64,000 nt of DNA from Moniliella sp. 'wahieum'. Its lineage: Eukaryota. The stretch is from positions 62,001 to 126,000 of the forward strand of contig RSEE01000122.1 in assembly GCA_003971905.1 (NCBI GenBank), read 5' to 3'. Of this stretch, positions 37,422-49,770 are shown piece by piece (the first letter of the stretch is position 1; each line of letters starts with the position of its first letter). Under the pieces are notes generated by a model. The model was not told where the DNA came from. It searched no databases and was given only the letters and a program-made list of their open reading frames with translations. The translations under genes were made by a program, and so were the position numbers.

Positions 37422-38597
37422 TTACGGGTTGGCCTGCACCCACTTGACACCCTTCTCAATGTTGGTCTTGAGCTGGGGCAGCGCAGCCTCGAGCAACTTC
37501 TCCTCCTCGGCCGAGATGGTGCCAACGGGCAGAATCTTCTCGACGCCCTCGGGGCCCAACTCGACCTTGGACGAGAAGAAGTCCACGCCCTGGTCCTTGT
37601 ACAGCGGCGAGTCGACGTAGGTGCACTCCGTCACGCCCTTGACGCCATTCAGCGCGTTCAGCAAGTGGTTGGCAAACACCGACGCGGCATAGGCCATCGA
37701 CAGAGTCGCCGAACCAGCGCCATCCTTGGCCTTGACCACCTCGTCACCACCAAATTGGATCCGGTTGACCAGCTTTGGTACGTCTCCGAGTTGTTCGCCA
37801 GCGACGCACTCGTCTGCGACGCTTGCGACAGCAGAGGCACAATCGTCACGCCCGAGTGGCCACCCACAACAGGCACCACCGTGTCGGCCGGCTTGGTACC
37901 AGCAATGCCCGACAGGAACGTCGACGCACGCGTCACGTCCAGCGTGGTCACACCGAACAGGCTAAGCCGCAACAAAATCAAATGTACCGCGTCAGTTCAG
38001 CGCACTGAATTGAAATGCAACAGCACAGAGGGAGACAAAGGAGGGGGTGGGGAAAGCAAAGATCACGTACCGCTTAGGGTCGTACACACCGGCCGACTTG
38101 AAGACCTCCTGACGATAGGCACGGTCGAGTTGACCGGGTTGGAGATGATGAGCAAGTGGGCCTTGGGGGCGACCTTGGCAGCGGCCTTGGCGAGGTCACG
38201 GACAATCGAGGCGTTGGTGTTGAAAAGGTCGTCACGGGTCATGCCGGGCTTGCGGGGCACACCGGCAGGAATGACAATCACCTCAGCGCCGTCGAGGCCT
38301 TCTCGAGGCCGCCCTGCTCAGGGCCGTAGCCAGCAACGGGGGGGGCGTGTTGACGTGGCCAACGTCGGCAGCGACACCGGGCGCAAGGCGCAGGTCGTAC
38401 AGGCGGAGCGAGGGGGGGTGGTAACGAGCGGGTTCGACTTGAGCAGCAGCGACAGCAGCGGTGGCCAATGCCGCCCGACGCACCGAGCACCGCGACAGCC
38501 TTGTTGGTAGCGGCCGACGAGGCAAAGCCACGGGCCAGGCGGGCGCAGCAGCGGCACGCAGGGTAGCAGTAGCGGAAGCAGACGCACGGACAAACAT
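37422..38597 (-). CDS. MDH1: Mitochondrial malate dehydrogenase
   Basis: Presequence then [84 protein letters not shown]; intron 37962-38070; several indels. Confidence 0.95.
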
Positions 38598-39097
38598 GCC
38601 GAAGTAGCGGGGGTGGAGGGGGGGGGGAGAGGTGGGGGGGTGGGTGGGAAGGAAGGACAAGCGAGCCAGGGGCACCGAACCGGCTTTGTACCTCGCGAAG
38701 CTTCCAGCGCCGCTGCGGCCGGGGGTGCGCTGCCTGCCAGCGAACGGGGCAGGCACGGGGGGAGTGTGGCGATGCCAGCCGGCGCAAGGCCGCACGGACG
38801 CGCATGGCGCCGTGCTGGGCGGCCCACGTCATGCACCCGCAGACGGCACTGGCGGGGTGCGGGTGATGCACTGCGCTGCCCCAGCCGGGTCTTCCGCGGC
38901 TGGCGGCTGGCGGCTGGGGCTGGGCGCTGCAGCACGCCAGCCCCCGCGGCACAGCGGCGGGGTGCGGTGCTCGGGCGGATGCGCACCGCACCACCCAACA
39001 TGGCTTACGTCGCACCCCGCCCGCCCAGCACGTCAGCACACGTGACTCGTACCTGCCCTGCGGTTCACATGTTCCCACTCCCACGCAGCAAAAAGTG

Positions 39098-39192
39098 CGA
39101 CAATGACAGGATTCGAACCTGTGCAGGCAGAGCCTAATTGATGGTTAGACACGCGTTCTAATCAATCCCCTTAACCGCTCGGGCACATTGCC
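39098..39192 (-). tRNA. tRNA-Ser(AGA) with 13-nt intron
   Basis: Mature sequence identical to the copy at 24168-24264; intron CGCGTGTCTAACC. Confidence 0.96.
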
Positions 39193-39299
39193 GTTGTGTC
39201 TGCTCGGTGGACAGAGGGTACATGCCCGTATTGCAATCGGTGCGCTCAGTCTCCATGCGTACGCCTACCCGCTATACATTTCCCCACAGAGACGACTAC

Positions 39300-41116
39300 T
39301 CATACAGTACCAGCCCATCCGACGCGTACACCCCCCACTCGCGTCCGCCGTCGGGTGAAACTCCACCACGCGTGGGCGGATGCCCAGCAGCTCCCGCCGC
39401 CGCGCGCGCCCCGCTTCTGTCCGCTCGGCTGCGACTCCTCAGCGGCAAAGACCGTGTCGTCAGTCAGCCACAGCGTCGCATCCACGTTGCCCCGCACCGC
39501 ACTCCACAGCCAAGGCGCGAGCAACGGCGAAAAGGACGAAGCAAACCCACTTGCCTCACTCGCCTCACTCGCTCCGTTGATCACGTACACACGCACCTCT
39601 TCCTCTTGCGCCAGGTGCGCAGTAACGTGTAGAGTAATCGCTGCACGCCCATCGCAACCAAACCCAGGGTGGCTGCCTCGCATCGGTCGACCATCGGATC
39701 GACCAAACAGGCGGCCCAAACCATCGATGACAGCGTCGCAGGTCCACGCTTCCCCTGCTACCGCTACCGTCTTCGCTTCCGCCCCGGCTCCCGGCCCCGC
39801 GGGCATGCTGGCGAGGCGGGTAGCGTGCCAGTGCCGTGCCCAGTTCTTCCACTGACCCGACCGCGTCAATGAGCAAGGCGCCGGGTAGGTCTTCGCGCCA
39901 AAACGTACTCCATCCCATCGTCGTCTGTGCATCCAAGAGGCGAAGGAGAGGCGAGGAGACCGCTTCCGTTTCTTCTCGCTCGGGGAAACGGGTCCTGGCC
40001 CAACTGGGCCAACAGTGCATCTTCCACCTGGGTCCCCTTTTGGGCAGGTGCTCCCGCATGCGCATCCGCATTTGTATTGTTTTTGGTTTTGCTTTCGCTG
40101 TTGTGCCTCGCTCCTGCTGCCCCCCCGCGCCCTCTGAAGGCCCTGCGTCCGCCCACGGCACCACAAGCCAAAGTGCTTGCTCCTCCTGTGCAGCCAGAGA
40201 GAACGCAAGACTGAATTCAGCCAGCTGTCCGAGTCAACGTCAGCATCACACATCATCACATCATTCACATCATCCACACCATCCACACGATCCGCATGGT
40301 CCGCACGGTCCACACAGTCCGTACCATCTCACCTCGCTTCCCACCCAAACAGAATGTGCGATTACCGTCTCGCGCCCGGACCCGCGCACGCCCGCCACAT
40401 GCACCACTCCCCTTTGTTCCCAGCTCAACGCGCGACGGCAGAGGCAGACACCGCACCAGATCCGCCGGCAGAGCAAGCGCCGAACTCAGTCTCGCCCTCG
40501 GTCCGACATGCTTGGTCTTCCCCCCCTCCCTCTCTGCACACACACTCGCACCTCCCCCTTCACGGTCTTGTTCCTGCTCACGTTCTGGATCACGTTCTTG
40601 CTCACGTTCTTGCTCTTGCTCGTGTTCGCGCTCGCGCTCGCCCATGACACCCACCACCTGCACCCGCTCGCCCGCGCACATATCCAGCACCGCAGCATAC
40701 AGCCCTTCGAGTGTTGTCCCAAAACGTACGCAACCCTGCCCTGGCCTTGGCTTTGACCTTGGTCTTGACCTTGACCTTGGTCTTGGCCTTGACCTTGGTC
40801 TTGACCTTGACCTTGGTCTTGGCCTTGACCTTGGTCTTGACCTTGACCTTGGTCTTGGCTTGCGGCGGGGACAGGGGCCACCATGCTTGGTGTGCTTACG
40901 GTGCGGAGAAAGGCAGTGGTGGCGCCGTGCCAAGCACCTGGCTCCGCACCGCCACGCCACTCGGCTCGCACTAGGTCCTGCACCGTCTGGATCGATTGAC
41001 TATCAGCGCATCGAGTACTGCCTGCCCAGCGAGCGAGAGGGCGGGGCCAGCTGGGCCAGCTGGACCAGCCGAAGCGGGAGCGGGAGCGGGAGCTTGCCGC
41101 GCCCACGCAAGAGCAT
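39300..41116 (-). CDS. Hypothetical protein with QDQGQG (or RPRSRS) repeats
   Basis: ATG at 41116 followed by chained minus ORFs 40486-41106 and 39300-40313; no recognisable domain. Confidence 0.3.
40742..40860. repeat. Hexamer-derived 18/36-nt tandem repeat (CTTGAC/CTTGGT/CTTGGC units)
   Basis: Directly visible. Confidence 0.9.
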
Positions 41117-41879
41117 GGCCTAGCTCCGGACTCAAAAGAAGGTCGGACAGAGGTAGTGTGCCGATACGTCGGTCTCCAGGACCGTCAGGTACATAGGTGG
41201 TAGGTGCGGTGCGAGGTGCGGTGGGCGCAGGTGGAACGCGGAGGGCACACTTGAGTATTGACCCGCCCCGCCAACACGCCTACACGCGTCAACGTCAACG
41301 GTGACCGGTGAGTGGTGAGTTGAACGAGTCGATGCAATTAATGGTTGTGGGACGTCGTTGGGTTGTTCGGTGCTTTGTGCTTGTGCTTTGTGCGTGCCAC
41401 GAGTGAAACGTTCACTACGTTCCCACTCCCGTCCCAGGCCGACGGGGGAGTCGATGATCGATGACAAACCCAATTCGGTCCCACGCGTCAGGCTGGCGTT
41501 CGAGTAACTAGTACGTCCGCGCACGACACCTACCTGGATCGGAACGTGCTGGTGGGTGCTGACATCACATGCATCAATGTCGAGGTCAACGTTCACCTGA
41601 ACATCCAGTTCATCATGTCCACCGTGCTCGACCAGCCCAGGTCAACGTAACGGTCCAGTCCACCGTTCGCATCCACCAGCACCAACGTCGCCCGCTTCGG
41701 CTGATGAGCAATGAATGAAGGATGAGCGCTGAGCGCTGAGCAATGAGCAACGAACGGGCCGCGGTAGGCTACAATTCAGTAGACTATGGAGAGAGAGAGA
41801 AGGGGGCACGTATACGTTCGCATGCGTTTCAAGACACTTTCACCGCCGCGGTTGCTCGGTTGCAATGAGACCAAGCCAT

Positions 41880-42467
41880 TTAGTGGTGGTGGCCATCGTG
41901 GCTCTCCTCGGGGCCACGGTACACCATCTTGTACACTAGCCCACAACCAGCACACGTCAGCACCCACACATACACGTCTCGTAGGGAGGAAGCGGGGCAA
42001 GCGGGTAGGCGGGGGAAGAGGGAACATAGAGAAGAGAGAAAAGAAAAAAGGGGAGGGGACGTACCATTGCCGCACTCGGGGCAACGAGCCTTGTACTTCT
42101 TCTGCAGCAGGAGCCAGACCACGTCGTGGGATTCCTTGGGGAAGCCCGTGCAGCCAACGGGACGAGTGATACCGTACGAGTCGACGGGGGTCGGGTCAGC
42201 CAGCGTGCCGGGCTTGTTGACCTGCAGCGGCTTGTAGTCGAACAGGTCGATACCCTGCTTGAGCGCCTCCCATTCCAGACGCTCCACACCGGTCGACTGA
42301 GTTTCCTGCGTCGGCATCTCACCGGGCTTGGCACCCACACCAGTCCAGATGGGCGGCACATTGTCCGACGCAGCCTTGGCCGAGGTGGCCAGGGTGCGCA
42401 GCGCAACGGGCGCAGCACGCGGGGCGAGCGGCGTACGCAGAACAGGCAGCACAGCACGGGCGAACAT
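41880..42467 (-). CDS. COX4: Cytochrome c oxidase subunit IV (COX5B family)
   Basis: GAKPGEMPTQETQSTGVERLE, GTLADP, VGCTGFP.ESHDVVW, RCPECGN|VYKM zinc ligands; intron 41936-42064. Confidence 0.95.
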   Translation of the reverse strand: MFARAVLPVLRTPLAPRAAPVALRTLATSAKAASDNVPPIWTGVGAKPGEMPTQETQSTGVERLEWEALKQGIDLFDYKPLQVNKPGTLADPTPVDSYGITRPVGCTGFPKESHDVVWLLLQKKYKARCPECGNGTSPPLFSFLSSLCSLFPRLPACPASSLRDVYVWVLTCAGCGLVYKMVYRGPEESHDGHHH

Positions 42468-44325
42468 GGTGGTGGTGGGGTGGGGGGTAGAGGTGGAGCT
42501 GGAGGTGGAGGTAGAGGTGGAGGAGAGGTAGGTGGGTGCAGGACCGGACTGGACTCGAGTCGACAGCGCTGGGCGGAGGACGAGAGGGCTGCTTCGTCTT
42601 CGGCCACGCATCGGCCGCTGCCCCCGTGCCCCCAAGAGCGATGCGCAAAACTCGGCCCAGGTAGCGCTAGGGTTTGGTTACTAATCCCACTAAGGCGAGC
42701 CGTCGGCGCCGGCCGGGAAGCGCATGCCGTCTGCCTTGCAACTTGCAACTTGCAACTTAGCCCTGCCGTGTCTCTGCCCAATTTCAAATGTCAATTGTCA
42801 ACCAGGCAAGCCTCAGGGCCTCAGGCCCACCTGCATTAATCAGCGCAATCATTAATCAGCCTGGCATTTCCATCCCCTCTCCCTGTCGTTGTTCCATCCA
42901 TCCCTAGCCCGGGCGACAGCCAAACAGGCCAATTGGCATGGGCATACTCCACAGGGCCCGTCGCACAGGTCACCAGGCCTCAAAAGTGCTTTCCCTCACA
43001 GGAAGAGACCACTCACGGACCGTGAATCGACAGCCAGAACACTATACACTGTTTGGCAAAGATCTGTCATGGGGGTGGGTCCCGAGGTGGGAACCCCCCT
43101 GTAGTTTAGGGGTATAAAAATCCTTGGACAGATGAATCGGTGGCTCGTATGTTAGGTCCTACTCCAGATCCTGGTTGAACCGAGCGGGTGTAGAGGCTAG
43201 GGAGAGACCCTCTAGTTTGGGTGGCTGCCTGCGTGCAAAGGCCGCAGTCCAGACCCTCCGAGGTAGGAGCCGCGTACGTAGGTCGTTAGAGCAGCTGAAG
43301 GGGTCCTGGAGCTTCGAAGTTACTCTGTTCCTCGCAGCATTACCACACTCGGTACGCTGTAGGTGGCGGGAACAGACAGAGTCCTAAAGAAGAGCAAGCG
43401 CTACTGATGAGAGTAACCGCGGCTTGCAGTGCACTCGACGTAAGTCGTAAATTCGTAAGCGTAAGGGTGGTAGAAGGTGGAAGGGCGAGAGAGGAACTGG
43501 TAGTCGGGGAGACCAACGGTAATAGACAGGATGGTCGACAAGGACCACAGCTAGCAAGCCTTAGACATGGCTGCTTATATACAGCAGAAGGAACCAGGCC
43601 TCAAGTGCCTCATGACAGGTATAGACAGAATGCGGGGCACTTCCCAGAAAGGTAAAGAAGACTAATGCACAGCCCTTGCTTCCGAAGGCGCTGATGCTGC
43701 GCAGTCGGGCGCAGCAGGAAGAGTTCTGACAAGACTGGCCGCAATAGGCATAAAGCATCGTACCGATAAGACCATGCGGCCATGGCGGGCCGCGGAGGAT
43801 ATCCGCAGCAAGGATAAGGTGTCGACTGGCTCTCTCTCGCTAGTCTAACCGAACTGACGCATGTTGGGCTGAGATGTCTACGACATGCGGGGCTCAGCGT
43901 CCGGAGATAACCGGAGCGCCCCGTAACACCGCCAGCCGTTTTCATCCGTCTCACGACTTCCCTTGACCTTTATTCTGTGTATTGGCCCTACAAAAGCGAA
44001 CCAACCGCTCCCCCCATTTCCCCATCTCTCTTTGCTAGAGCGCGCCTTGAGAGCCCTCGTCCGGCGCCAGATTCTGGTGTAGTGGCGAAGGTAGCCCATT
44101 CCCGGATCAGGCTTGCGGTTATTCCTTCCGATTACAGACACGATCAAGGAATAGACGTGTGGTCAGCGAAAAATGGGGTATAAGGCATAAGGAATCAAAA
44201 TACCTGGACCTCCTCTGTCACCGCCATCATTAATCATTCAAGCAGCTGATCACGCATCACGTATCGTGCTGTTGTTCTATCCGACGCTATATGTTTGTAA
44301 GACCGGAAAAGAACCCAAGGGGTTG

Positions 44326-44505
44326 TGTCACAGTCGGGGCTAAGGCGAGGGAGACCAGGATCGGACTAGGCCAAGGGTGTAGCAATCGTTCGTGGGGAAG
44401 AAGCAAGAACAGAGGACATGGTGCGAAGTGGAAGGAACAGGGAAGGAGCGAGACGCTCGAGACGAAGAAATTGGAAATGGGAGCGAGATCAGCCAAACTA
44501 TGACA
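44326..44505 (-). repeat. 3' LTR (180 bp)
   Basis: Matches 47803-47983 except for one G in a homopolymer. Confidence 0.97.
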
Positions 44506-44517
44506 TTGCCCCCTTTC
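44506..44517 (-). other. Polypurine tract
   Basis: GAAAGGGGGCAA on the minus strand directly before the 3' LTR. Confidence 0.8.
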
Positions 44518-46096
44518 AGACCTCATCTCCCGGGCGGCGACGGAGGCGAGAGAGGGCGAGTCGGCGGGCATGGGAGACAGGCTTATCGGGGTAGAGGGCG
44601 TGGAAACGGACCACTGGCTCGGCGTCATGAGACATGTCCGCAGCGGGTACCCACTCCCGCTCGTGGACAGGATAGCCCCGGAAGTGAACAAAGTACTCAA
44701 TGCGGCCACCACGACCCTTGCGGCGAGAGTCGAGGACATGTTCAACCTCGTGATGAACCGCACCATCATCAGCATACTCGGGGAGAGGAGGCGGGGCTCA
44801 ATCAAGCGGGCAGGGACCACGTCACCAGGGTGTAGGCTCGCAAGCGGGACACATGGAACACGTCATGGAGGTGTAGGTAGTCGGGGAGGCGGACCTGGTA
44901 TGCGGCGCGGCCCACGGCGCGGACAATGGGAAAGGGGCCGAGGTAGCGATAGTCGAGGCCGTCAGAAGGCCGCTGGCTGGCCACATAGCCGTCCCGACGG
45001 ACCAAGACAGGCTGGCCAGCAGTGAAGGAAGCCGCCTCGGTGCGCTGCTGATCGGCATAATGCTTGTAGCGGTCTTGGGCCGCGGCGAGCGTGCGGCGGG
45101 CCACCGCCTGGGCCGAGCGCAAGTCCTCCAAATATGACGCAGCATCGGCACGGGCGAAGTGGAGGGCTCCAACTCCCCCCGGGGAGAGTAACCATAGGTG
45201 AGGACAAAGGGGGACTGGTGGGTGCTCGAGTGGGAGGACGAGTTGTAGGCGAATTCGGCCGTGGGGAGGAGGTCGAACCAGTTGGACTGCTGCTCGTCGA
45301 GGTAGCAGCGGAGGTACTGTTCGAGGATCTGGTTGAGTCGCTCAGTCTGGCCGTCCGTCTGGGGGTGGGACGCGGTGCTGAGGCTCGACTTGATGCCCAA
45401 GTCGGCACACAAGGCTTGCCAGAAGTGGCTTGTGAAGGTCGGTCCCCGATCACTCACCAGATCCCGGGGAAGGCCATGGTAGCGAAAGACATGGTGTACA
45501 AACTGGCGTGCGAGCTGGGGCGCAGTGTCCGTCGTGTGGGCGGGAATGAAGTGACCCATTTTGGTACAACGATCCACCACCACCAGAATCGCGTCGTAAC
45601 CATTGGATCGGGGAAGCTGGGTAATGTGGTCCATCGTCAAGTGGGTCCACGGGCCTTGGGGAGGGGAAAGGGGCTGAAGGGGTCCGGCGGGTTGGTGGCA
45701 AGGCGCTTTGGTCCGTTGGCAGCGGTCGCACGAGCGCACGTAGGCCCACACGTCGGCTGACAGGCGGGGCCACCAATATTGAGCGCGGACACGGGCCAAC
45801 GTCTTGTCGCGCCCTTCATGGCCCGCCAATGCCGAGTCGTGGGCTTGGTGGAGAATGGCAGCGCGGATCGGCCGGTCGCCGGGGACGTAGACCTGGTTTC
45901 CGTGCCACAAAAGACCGTCGCGGACCGTCAAAGCATGGGGAGGTGGGCTTGGAGCCGTAGCAAGGGACCAACGAGGGTCACGAGGCACGAGTTGGCGGAT
46001 GCGCTGTCGAATCTCGTCGGCAGACGCTCGCTCCACCACCGGTGTATCGGGGTCCGCCGCCATGAGCTTGAGGGCGGCGGCAGAACGTTCGGACAT
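44516..46096 (-). CDS. Retroelement integrase plus chromodomain
   Basis: HHCC (HDSALAGHEG...CDRC), core LTMDHI..DAILVVVD..VSDRGPTF..HPQTDGQTERLNQ, YLGPFPI..HDVFHVSRL, chromodomain EVEHVLDSRR...EYFVHFRGYPVHEREWVP; frameshifts near 45140 and 44825. Confidence 0.93.
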
Positions 46097-46485
46097 GGGC
46101 TCCGCCAGTACTTGAGGTGCCGCGCCAGCGGGCCGGGAGGGAACCGAGGAGGGAAAAGGAATCGAGTTGACAGAGGGGGCGAGATGGGGTTAGATGAGGA
46201 GGTGGACTTGGGCCGGGGCCCGGGCGAGTGCTGGTGCTGGTGCGTAGTCTTGGTCTTGGGCTGGTCTGGGTGCTGGGGCTGGTCTTGGGCTGGGGCTGGT
46301 CTTGGTGCTTGGGCTGGTCTTGGGGCTGGGGCTGGTCTTGGGGCTGGGCTGGGCTTGGGGCTTGGGCGGGAGTTGGGGCTTGGGCGGGAGTTGGGGCTGG
46401 GGCTGGGCTTGGGGCTTGGGCTGGGCTTGGGGCTTGGGCGGGAGTTGGGGCTGTGGCCGGGTACAGTCGTGGAAGGCAATGGTGA

Positions 46486-47761
46486 TCACGGCACTGCGCC
46501 TTGAGCGCGGCGCTCGGTGCGCCGGGCCGCCGCTTCAGCGGTGGCGGTGACTGCGCTGAGGTCCATGGGCTCCGCTTCGGGCGACGAGGGCCGAAACCAA
46601 TGATTGCCGCCCGATCCCGGGGAGATGGCGGTACCATGAGCGCCCAGCGATTGCGATTGGTCGATGTCAATGGCCGCTGTGCGCAGTTGTTCGAAACTGA
46701 TCCGTCCCAAGTGAGCCGACTCGCCGCGGGAGGCGATTGCGTCACGCACCCGCGGCTTCAAGCCGTACAGAAAGCAATAGTAGCGGTCCTCATCCGACGC
46801 GTTGGGGTTCCAGCGACGCAGCAGAACCGTGAACGTAGCGGAATAGTCCGCTGCAGATCCCGTCTGCCGAAGACGACGAAACTCCTCAAACGCCTTCAGC
46901 GCCGGGTTGCGCTCGCCCCACTGCTCCAGGAAAGCTGCGCGAAACGCAGGCCAAGACTGGAGGGCGGGTGTGGTGCGCGCCTCCAGGGGAAGGGCCACCT
47001 CCGAGCCGAACTGCTCGACCCAAGTGAGGGCCTCTCCCTGCAGCAGGCCCATGAAGCGGTCGATCCATGCCGCCGCGCCCATATGCGTGAGGGCGACGCG
47101 CGCGTAAATCTCGAAGGAGGTGACGACGTGCTGGGCCTGGACCCGGTCACGAGAGTTGGGATTCGCACCAGACGACGGGCGGAAACGAACGGGCTCGAAC
47201 ATCTTAGGCTCTTCCGACACCGTGTTCGGGATGGCAGTCAGATCACCATAAGGCCCAGGGGCGGGAGCGGGGGCGGGGCCGAGGACACCACGCCAGTTTG
47301 AGCCTCCCGTACCGAGGCGGCCAACCGGGCCTCTTCCGCGGCAAGCGCCGCCTCCTCCCGCCGCTGACGGAGGCGGTGCTCACGGCGCTTCGCCTCTTGC
47401 TCATCCTCGAAAGCGCGGCGCTGGTCCTCCTGGGCTGCAAGGTAGGCCTGATTTTCCCGGGCCTCCGTCAACAGAAGCTGGCGCATTCTGCGGGCCTCAT
47501 CGACCCGACGCTGAGCGGCCTCGAGGCCCAGCCCGGACAGGTCGGAGGCAGGCAATGTATACCCCGGGGGCGCGGGCGCAACAGACGGAGCTGCATGGGG
47601 GGTCCAGAGGGGCCAGCCGGGTGGAACCACTCCGGGCCATCGTCGTCGAACGGAGCGTCAGAGGGGGGGTCGGACGGGGGTCGGATTGGGCCGCGCCGCG
47701 CGATGGGTTGCGGCGCGCTAGGGTTACTGGGGTCAGGGGGGTTGTCGTGGATCGAGGACAT
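46486..47761 (-). CDS. Retroelement Gag (retrotransposon capsid domain)
   Basis: LLQGEALTW, SWPAFRAAFLEQW, LRQTGSAADYSATF, FLYGLKPRVRD, EPMDL; N-terminal coiled coil; apparent frameshifts near 47600 and 47260. Confidence 0.88.
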
Positions 47762-47791
47762 CTCTGGTCGGGCTCGCCTGTTGACGGTTAG

Positions 47792-47800
47792 ACGAACGAT
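47792..47800 (-). other. Primer-binding site, self-priming type
   Basis: ATCGTTCGT 2 nt from the 5' LTR; exactly complementary to ACGAACGAT inside the LTR (47863-47871); no TGG start for tRNA CCA pairing. Confidence 0.7.
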
Positions 47801-47802
47801 AA

Positions 47803-47983
47803 TGTCACAGTCGGGGCTAAGGCGAGGGAGACCAGGATCGGACTAGGCCAAGGGGTGTAGCAATCGTTCGTGGGGAAGAAGCAAGAACAGAGGACATGGT
47901 GCGAAGTGGAAGGAACAGGGAAGGAGCGAGACGCTCGAGACGAAGAAATTGGAAATGGGAGCGAGATCAGCCAAACTATGACA
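47803..47983 (-). repeat. 5' LTR (181 bp)
   Basis: Direct repeat of 44326-44505. Confidence 0.97.
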
Positions 47984-49770
47984 GGTTGGGTGAAGAACCT
48001 ATGAAAATGTAGAGCAATGCAATCGCGATGGTGGTAGTTAGGTCTAAGCCTTAGTAGGCCTTATACCACACCTATATAGAGGAGACAGGGTTCAAACAAG
48101 CCTGAGTATACACCTGGAGGCTTCGGATGTCAAATCAGGGGCGAAGGGTGATGATGAGGCGCCTTGGCCTATTATATGTACGGCAACCGCGGGTCCTAAC
48201 AATGTTCTGTCCCTAAGGGGCTCCTCTCTTGGAATAGATCCATCACCTTCTCCCTCTATCTCTTACTCTCTGTAGACCTTGTCCTCGATGGAGCGGGTTA
48301 TGAGCGCACATTATCCTGAGTAGGCGGAGACGACACCTATCTCTTCGTCTGTCCGCCTAATACGTCCAACTTCTATTTTTTTTCCCACCTACCCCTACCC
48401 CACATCTCTGTAGACCTTGCCCTCGTTTTAACACATACCGATCTCTTATCCTCTCAACCAGCTTTCACAGGTTACATCCTATTACCGAAAATCCGATTCC
48501 CTACCCCGAAGAGAGAGGCCGAGTCGGTGTCGAGATGGATGAGGTCGATGAGGCAGTTGCCGGGAATTTGCGGGGTAAAATGTCTCAATCCTCAACAGTG
48601 TGAAAAGGTTATGGGCAACAAGAGAGAGAGGGGGGGTATAATACACGACGACGAGTGCACCGGGACAACATCTATGTAAAATCGCTACTAACTCTTCCGT
48701 CATTGATTGCTGCCATTTAACTCACACCCTCCGATCCCAACACATCGCATTGTGGTCTCAGCTGTTTATTACGGTTGGAGATGAGAGAAATAAGAGTGGA
48801 GTGGAGGGGTTAGTCGATGCCGAAGCTTGTTTGAGCCCACCATCGAGGAATACAGGTGTGAGCGCGGCCATAGCAACACGTTGCAGGTGTGTTCATAGCG
48901 TTGGGGCAACAGTAGTAAAGTTGTGTGTGCTATAAGAGTTTCTTGTTTGTCTCCGCCACTTCTCTCCTATCATAGACGCACATTTTACGAATATTGGAAC
49001 CAACAACGGGTAGGCCAACTTGCCACACAACAAAAGACTTGTTAAATGGCGGAAAACAGCCGGAACGGCGCCGCAAAACTTCATTCGATAATCAGCCCAG
49101 CGAGCAGGGCAATGGGATGGGAGGGAAAGGGAGGTGCAAAAGGTACCGTAGCCCCGCAAAAGAGGCGAATGTGGGACAAGTGTCTCCTTACGCTTCGTCT
49201 GGAGCAAACATCAGTTTGCTGTACAGTCACCCAACAAAAAGTGGTCTGTATGTCAATGACAAATGCTACCGGCAAAGCAGGGTAATGGAGAGAAAAACGG
49301 AGGGGAAATGTACTAAAAGGGTTGTGCAGCGGAGAGGCCCTGGATCAAGGGTCTCTGCTGCAAAACCGGAAGCGAAACAGAGAAAGACTATGCAGACATT
49401 CATAGAGCAGGGCGACGAGGCAATATCGGGAAAATGGTCAGAAGATCCATGGGAGAGGAAACAAGAGGCGTGTGGGTGCGGGGAACGGGGAACAGAAGTA
49501 AAAAAGGGAAATGGTAGAATGACACGAGAGAGATGCATCATTCGATGTTGAAGAGAGCTTCGTCGAGCGGTGGACCCGTGGAGGTGGGAGGTAGAGGCAA
49601 TGAGGCAGTAGTAGAATCCCCTATTAGGGGTACACTGGTGCATGCTGAAAGAAAACGCCCACACTGGGATCTCTTCCACATTTTTTGGAAATGATGGAGC
49701 AGGCCAGCAACGGATTGGGGTGTAAAGTACCATCCCTCGGGTCATCCCTGTATTGCGTGAGGGAATTGCA

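Larger units (their letters stand above)
44326..47983 (-). mobile_element. Ty3/Gypsy chromovirus-type LTR retroelement lacking RT and RNase H (non-autonomous)
   Basis: Two LTRs TGTCA...TGACA; TSD GGTTG at 44321-25 and 47984-88; PPT; Gag, integrase and chromodomain present. Confidence 0.95.

Noticed and set aside
43100..44320. Possible gene interrupted by the LTR insertion
   Set aside because: Rejoining the empty site gives only a short unrecognisable peptide; cannot be supported
40742..46452. Tandem repeats at 40.7 kb and 46.3 kb as CRISPR arrays
   Set aside because: No unique spacers, no cas genes, eukaryotic context; they are hexamer-derived coding repeats
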